From Xanthobacteraceae bacterium (GTDB lineage Bacteria; Pseudomonadota; Alphaproteobacteria; Rhizobiales; Xanthobacteraceae), in contig DATBYX010000475.1 in NCBI GenBank assembly GCA_036513475.1, positions 4,707 to 68,706 of the forward strand: a stretch of DNA of 64,000 nucleotides. The letters run 5' to 3'. The translations under genes were made by a program, and so were the position numbers. This document shows, piece by piece, positions 60,817 to 64,000 of the stretch. The notes under the pieces are model-generated. The model searched no databases. It was not told the origin of the DNA and saw only the letters and a list, made by a program, of their open reading frames with translations. The stretch's first letter is position 1; every line of letters starts with the position of its first letter.

Positions 60817-61305
60817 ATGACGAAAGCTGTTGGACGTGCCATCCAGTGGGCAGCGCTCGCCGGCGCTCTGGCTGTTGCCCTTGGCATGGGAGGGTGCGCG
60901 AACACCCCCAATGTGTCCCAGGCCGCCGGTATGGCGACGCCGGGAAGCCAGCAGGACTTTGTCGTCAATGTGGGCGACCGGGTCTTCTTCGAATCGGACT
61001 CTACCGAGCTGACATCGCAATCCGTTGCGACCCTGGAGAAGCAGGCGCAGTGGCTTCAGGCCTACGGCCAATACACGTTCACGATTGAAGGGCATGCCGA
61101 TGAGCGCGGCACCCGCGAGTACAACATCGCGCTTGGCGCTCGCCGCGCGCAGACGGTGCGCGACTATCTCGCGTCGCGCGGGGTGAACGCGCAACGCATG
61201 CGGACGATCTCGTACGGCAAGGAGCGTCCGGTCGCGGTCTGCAACGACATTTCCTGCTGGTCTCAGAACCGGCGGGCCGTGACGGTGCTCAACACCAGTT
61301 CCTGA
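60817..61305 (+). CDS. pal: Peptidoglycan-associated lipoprotein Pal
   Basis: Lipobox LGMGGC and OmpA-like domain GHADERGTREYNIALGARRA. Confidence 0.93.
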   Translation: MTKAVGRAIQWAALAGALAVALGMGGCANTPNVSQAAGMATPGSQQDFVVNVGDRVFFESDSTELTSQSVATLEKQAQWLQAYGQYTFTIEGHADERGTREYNIALGARRAQTVRDYLASRGVNAQRMRTISYGKERPVAVCNDISCWSQNRRAVTVLNTSS

Positions 61306-61333
61306 ACGAGATAGGGTTACGGGGGAAGGGGAC

Positions 61334-61366
61334 AGCCGGCGCCTTCGGGCGCCGGTTGCATTTCGC
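61334..61366 (+). terminator. Hairpin after pal (possible weak intrinsic terminator)
   Basis: CCGGCGCC (61336-43), loop UUCG, then GGCGCCGG (61348-55), followed by UUGCAUUUC. The U-tract is interrupted. Confidence 0.45.
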
Positions 61367-61395
61367 ACAGTCACAATTTGGACGCAGGGATTCGT

Positions 61396-62430
61396 ATGGT
61401 ATCTCGCAACTTCAACTGCGCCATGAAGCTAATGACTCGCTTTGTCCCTCGACGGGCATCCGCGCTCGCTCTCATGGTGGCCTTTGCTGCTGGTGCGAAT
61501 CTTTCCCCGGCATGGGCCCAGGACAGCGAGCCCCCGGGTTTGTTGAACCTGTTCTTCGGCGGAAGCGAACGCATATCTGGCGAACGCAACGCTCCATCGC
61601 AAGCGTTGGAGCGGACCGCGCAGGTTGGCGGACCCGATCTCGTGCTTCGTCTTGAGCGCCTCGAAGCTCAGATCAGGCAGCTCACTGGAACGATCGAGCA
61701 GCTGCAGTTCCGCAACCAGCAGCTCGAGTCTCAAGTCCGCCGCATGCAGGAGGATGCCGAGTACCGCTCGCAGGAATCTGCTCCTCGTGGGGCGCCACGA
61801 TCGCCGCCGCCGCAAGCGCGCTCACAAGCTGCCCCGCTGTCATCGGCGTCTGGTGCAATGGTTGCTCCTGCCCGACGCGGGGATGCGTTCGATCCGACGC
61901 TCAATCCGGCTGCGCCGGGGGCGCCGCGGAGCTTGGCCGCGAACTCTCCTGGGCCGCACCCAGGTCCAGGTGACATGGCGGACGCGTCTCTGGCTACACC
62001 GGTGCACCCGGGCGCCGGAGCTACACTTGCCACGCTTCCGCCCTCGCAGAACCCGAAAGACGAGTTCGATCTCGCGTACGGCTACGTTCTGCATCGGGAC
62101 TACGCCCTCGCCGAGGACAGCTTCCGCAATTTCTTGAGCAAGTATCCGAGCGATCGATTGGCGGGCGACGCGACCTTCTGGCTTGGCGAAAGCCTGTTTC
62201 AGCGCCAGCGGTTTCGTGACGCGGCAGAAGCGTTCCTCAACGTCTCGACCAAATTTGAAGCCAATCCGCGGGCGCCGGATGCGCTGCTTCGACTTGGCCA
62301 ATCGCTTGCGGCGCTCGGCGAGAAGGAAGCGGCCTGCGCCTCCCTGGGTGAGGTCATGCGCAAGTTTCCGCGGGCGTCGGCCGGGGTAAAGCAGGGCGTC
62401 GAGCGAGAACAGAAGCGTGTCCGCTGCTAA
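61396..62430 (+). CDS. cpoB: Tol-Pal system protein CpoB/YbgF
   Basis: Signal peptide, a coiled-coil region (LERLEAQIRQLTGTIEQLQFRNQQLESQVRRMQ) and C-terminal TPR repeats (YPSDRLAGDATFWLGESLFQRQRFRDAAEAF). The start could be ATG 61396 or 61423. Confidence 0.85.
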   Translation: MVSRNFNCAMKLMTRFVPRRASALALMVAFAAGANLSPAWAQDSEPPGLLNLFFGGSERISGERNAPSQALERTAQVGGPDLVLRLERLEAQIRQLTGTIEQLQFRNQQLESQVRRMQEDAEYRSQESAPRGAPRSPPPQARSQAAPLSSASGAMVAPARRGDAFDPTLNPAAPGAPRSLAANSPGPHPGPGDMADASLATPVHPGAGATLATLPPSQNPKDEFDLAYGYVLHRDYALAEDSFRNFLSKYPSDRLAGDATFWLGESLFQRQRFRDAAEAFLNVSTKFEANPRAPDALLRLGQSLAALGEKEAACASLGEVMRKFPRASAGVKQGVEREQKRVRC

Positions 62431-63646
62431 GGATGCGCAACCTGTTTCCGCGGCCGAGGCGAACAAGCTCTTTAAACCACTCGCGCGGGCTTCTGCCCTC
62501 GTCCTGGCGGTCTCCGGGGGCGCCGACTCCACTGCGCTTCTTGTCCTGGCGGAGCGCTGGCGCGCTGCTCGCAAAACTGGACCAACCCTCGTCGCTGTGA
62601 CGATTGATCATGGACTGCGCCCGGTATCGGCCGCCGAAGCACGCGCGGTGAAACGTCTGGCGCGCCGGCTCGGCGTGCGACACCGCACTTTACGCTGGAG
62701 CGGCCAAAAGCCGAAAACCGGGCTGCAACAGGCCGCGCGGATCGCACGCTATGGATTGCTTGCAGCCTTTGCTCGCACTGTGCGGGCCAATCACATCCTT
62801 ACCGCGCATACCCTGGATGATCAGGCCGAGACCGTGTTGATCCGCATGTGTCGTGGGAGCGGCATCAGCGGCCTTGGCGGCATGAGAAGCGTGACATCTC
62901 TGGCGGTTACCCCATCCTCTACGCATGCAGCGCGGCGAACGCTAAGCCGTTCCCGGCGCAGTCCAGGCCTGGTGCAGAGCTGTTCCGCGCACCCCCTTCA
63001 TCCGGCGGGCGGCCCCATGCGGCCCAACTTGCAGCCGACGACGCGTGGCGACAAGGCGGGCGGAGAACTGTTGCTGGTGCGCCCTTTCCTGGGAATCGCG
63101 AAGGCGCGGCTCATTGCAACGCTGCAAGCGGCTGACATTCCCCACGTTGAGGACGCTTCCAATCGCGATCCGCGCTTTGCGCGCTCGCGGCTACGCGAAC
63201 TGATGCCCGCGCTCGCCCGCCAGGGTCTTGATGCGGGTCGGCTTGCGCTCTTTGCGCGCCGCGTGCAGCGGGCTGAAACCGCGCTGGAGGCTGCGGTCGA
63301 TGTTGCTGCGGCGCGCGTGGCGCGCAGAGGTTTCGCAAATGCGGCGGCAGTTACGCTTGATGCAGGGAGTTTCTTCAAGCTGCCCCAGGAGATCGCGGTT
63401 CGGCTGCTCGCGCGCTCCCTCGCGCAGACCGGTGACGAGGGGCAAGCGCAACTCGGAAAACTCGAAGCCTTGTACGAGACGCTCGCGACGGCACGGGAGG
63501 CCGGCAGCGCCCGCCTGCGCCGCACCCTCGCTGGCGCCATGGTGACCCTGAACAAGGCCGAGCTGACCGTTGAGACGGCGCCCCCCCGGCGGCGGGGCCC
63601 CATAGGGCCCCAATGGGCCGAGTCCCCCCAATTAGTCCGAAAATAA
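62417..63646 (+). CDS. tilS: tRNA(Ile)-lysidine synthase
   Basis: PP-loop LAVSGGADSTALL and TAHTLDDQAETVLIR. The GTG start overlaps the cpoB 3' end. The protein contains a Ser/Arg/Pro-rich insertion. Confidence 0.85.
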   Translation: MSAAKDAQPVSAAEANKLFKPLARASALVLAVSGGADSTALLVLAERWRAARKTGPTLVAVTIDHGLRPVSAAEARAVKRLARRLGVRHRTLRWSGQKPKTGLQQAARIARYGLLAAFARTVRANHILTAHTLDDQAETVLIRMCRGSGISGLGGMRSVTSLAVTPSSTHAARRTLSRSRRSPGLVQSCSAHPLHPAGGPMRPNLQPTTRGDKAGGELLLVRPFLGIAKARLIATLQAADIPHVEDASNRDPRFARSRLRELMPALARQGLDAGRLALFARRVQRAETALEAAVDVAAARVARRGFANAAAVTLDAGSFFKLPQEIAVRLLARSLAQTGDEGQAQLGKLEALYETLATAREAGSARLRRTLAGAMVTLNKAELTVETAPPRRRGPIGPQWAESPQLVRK

Positions 63647-63777
63647 AGATGAATCCCGTTCTCTTGGCAGAAGGGTGCGCGGCACATAAATTGTGACCGC
63701 GAGGGACGCGAATCGGTCGTAACTTGCGGGTAGTATGGCTGGGGTAGGGATGACCCACGGCCAAGTTAGGACAAGGG

Positions 63778-64000
63778 ATGAATGCCAATCTGCGCAACTT
63801 CGCCCTGTGGGTGATCATCGTCCTTCTGCTGCTCGCCCTTTTCACGCTGTTTCAAAACCCGGGTCAGCGCACCAGCGCCCAAGACATCTCCTTCTCGCAG
63901 CTTCTCAGTGAGGTCGATCAAGGCCGGGTGCGCGATGTCTTGATCCAAGGGCCGGAAATCCATGGCACCTTCACCGACGGCCGCAGCTTTCAGACCTACG
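63778..64000 (+). CDS. ftsH: ATP-dependent zinc metalloprotease FtsH, 3'-truncated by window edge
   Basis: Read directly from the sequence, since the ORF has no stop in the window and is absent from the track: MNANLRNFALWVIIVLLLLALFTLFQNPGQRTSAQDISFSQLLSEVDQGRVRDVLIQGPEIHGTFTDGRSFQTY. This is the typical alphaproteobacterial FtsH N-terminus, and it follows tilS as usual. Confidence 0.9.
   Translation, partial: MNANLRNFALWVIIVLLLLALFTLFQNPGQRTSAQDISFSQLLSEVDQGRVRDVLIQGPEIHGTFTDGRSFQTY

Noticed and set aside
1-64000. Scan for tRNA/rRNA genes, CRISPR repeats, IS transposases and phage genes
   Set aside because: No T-loop-like GGTTCGAnTCC motifs appear in an appropriate context. There are no regularly spaced repeats and no transposase- or integrase-like ORFs. 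The window appears to be core chromosome.

Overview
This window is 64 kb of high-GC chromosomal backbone from an alphaproteobacterium. Gene content and order fit Rhizobiales, most like Bradyrhizobiaceae/Nitrobacteraceae: Irr with a GCPW heme motif sits divergent from fabA-fabB-fabI, TsaE is fused to an AmgK-like kinase, and ybgC-tolQRAB-pal-cpoB-tilS-ftsH is intact. That placement is inferred from remembered family motifs; no search was run. There are about 60 protein genes, nearly all housekeeping, in classic conserved operons: miaB-ybeZ-ybeY-corC-lnt; HTH regulator-metK; trmB; rimP-nusA-ylxR-infB-rbfA-truB-rpsO-pnp; fabI-fabB-fabA/irr; mutM/ubiE-ubiB; coaBC-dut; sensor kinase-tsaE::amgK-murU; candidate 6S RNA-5-FCL-ymdB; yebC-ruvC-ruvA-(deaminase)-ruvB-ybgC-tolQ-tolR-tolA-tolB-pal-cpoB-tilS-ftsH. 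I saw no rRNA, tRNA, CRISPR array, IS element or prophage. The items worth a second look are small insertions and fusions inside this conserved scaffold. (1) A FitA/VapB-like ribbon-helix-helix module reads in frame into CoaBC, with a perfect 17-bp palindrome just upstream. (2) A zeta-toxin-like P-loop kinase and an overlapping 66-aa ORF are wedged between ymdB and yebC. (3) A blasticidin-S-deaminase-like cytidine deaminase lies between ruvA and ruvB. (4) A promoter, leader and intrinsic terminator precede rimP, forming either an attenuator or a small RNA. (5) A 6S-RNA-like long hairpin precedes the 5-formyl-THF cyclo-ligase gene. (6) Two perfect in-frame tandem duplications occur at the 3' ends of rimP and rbfA. 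(7) A 589-aa protein carries a Rieske domain and an unrecognised C-terminal domain. (8) A small divergent catabolic module is present (amidohydrolase-2, cupin and VOC genes opposite an HpcH aldolase gene). All functional calls rest on motifs read from the translations and on synteny. Start codons are often ambiguous because the ORF track uses GTG/TTG starts and longest ORFs.
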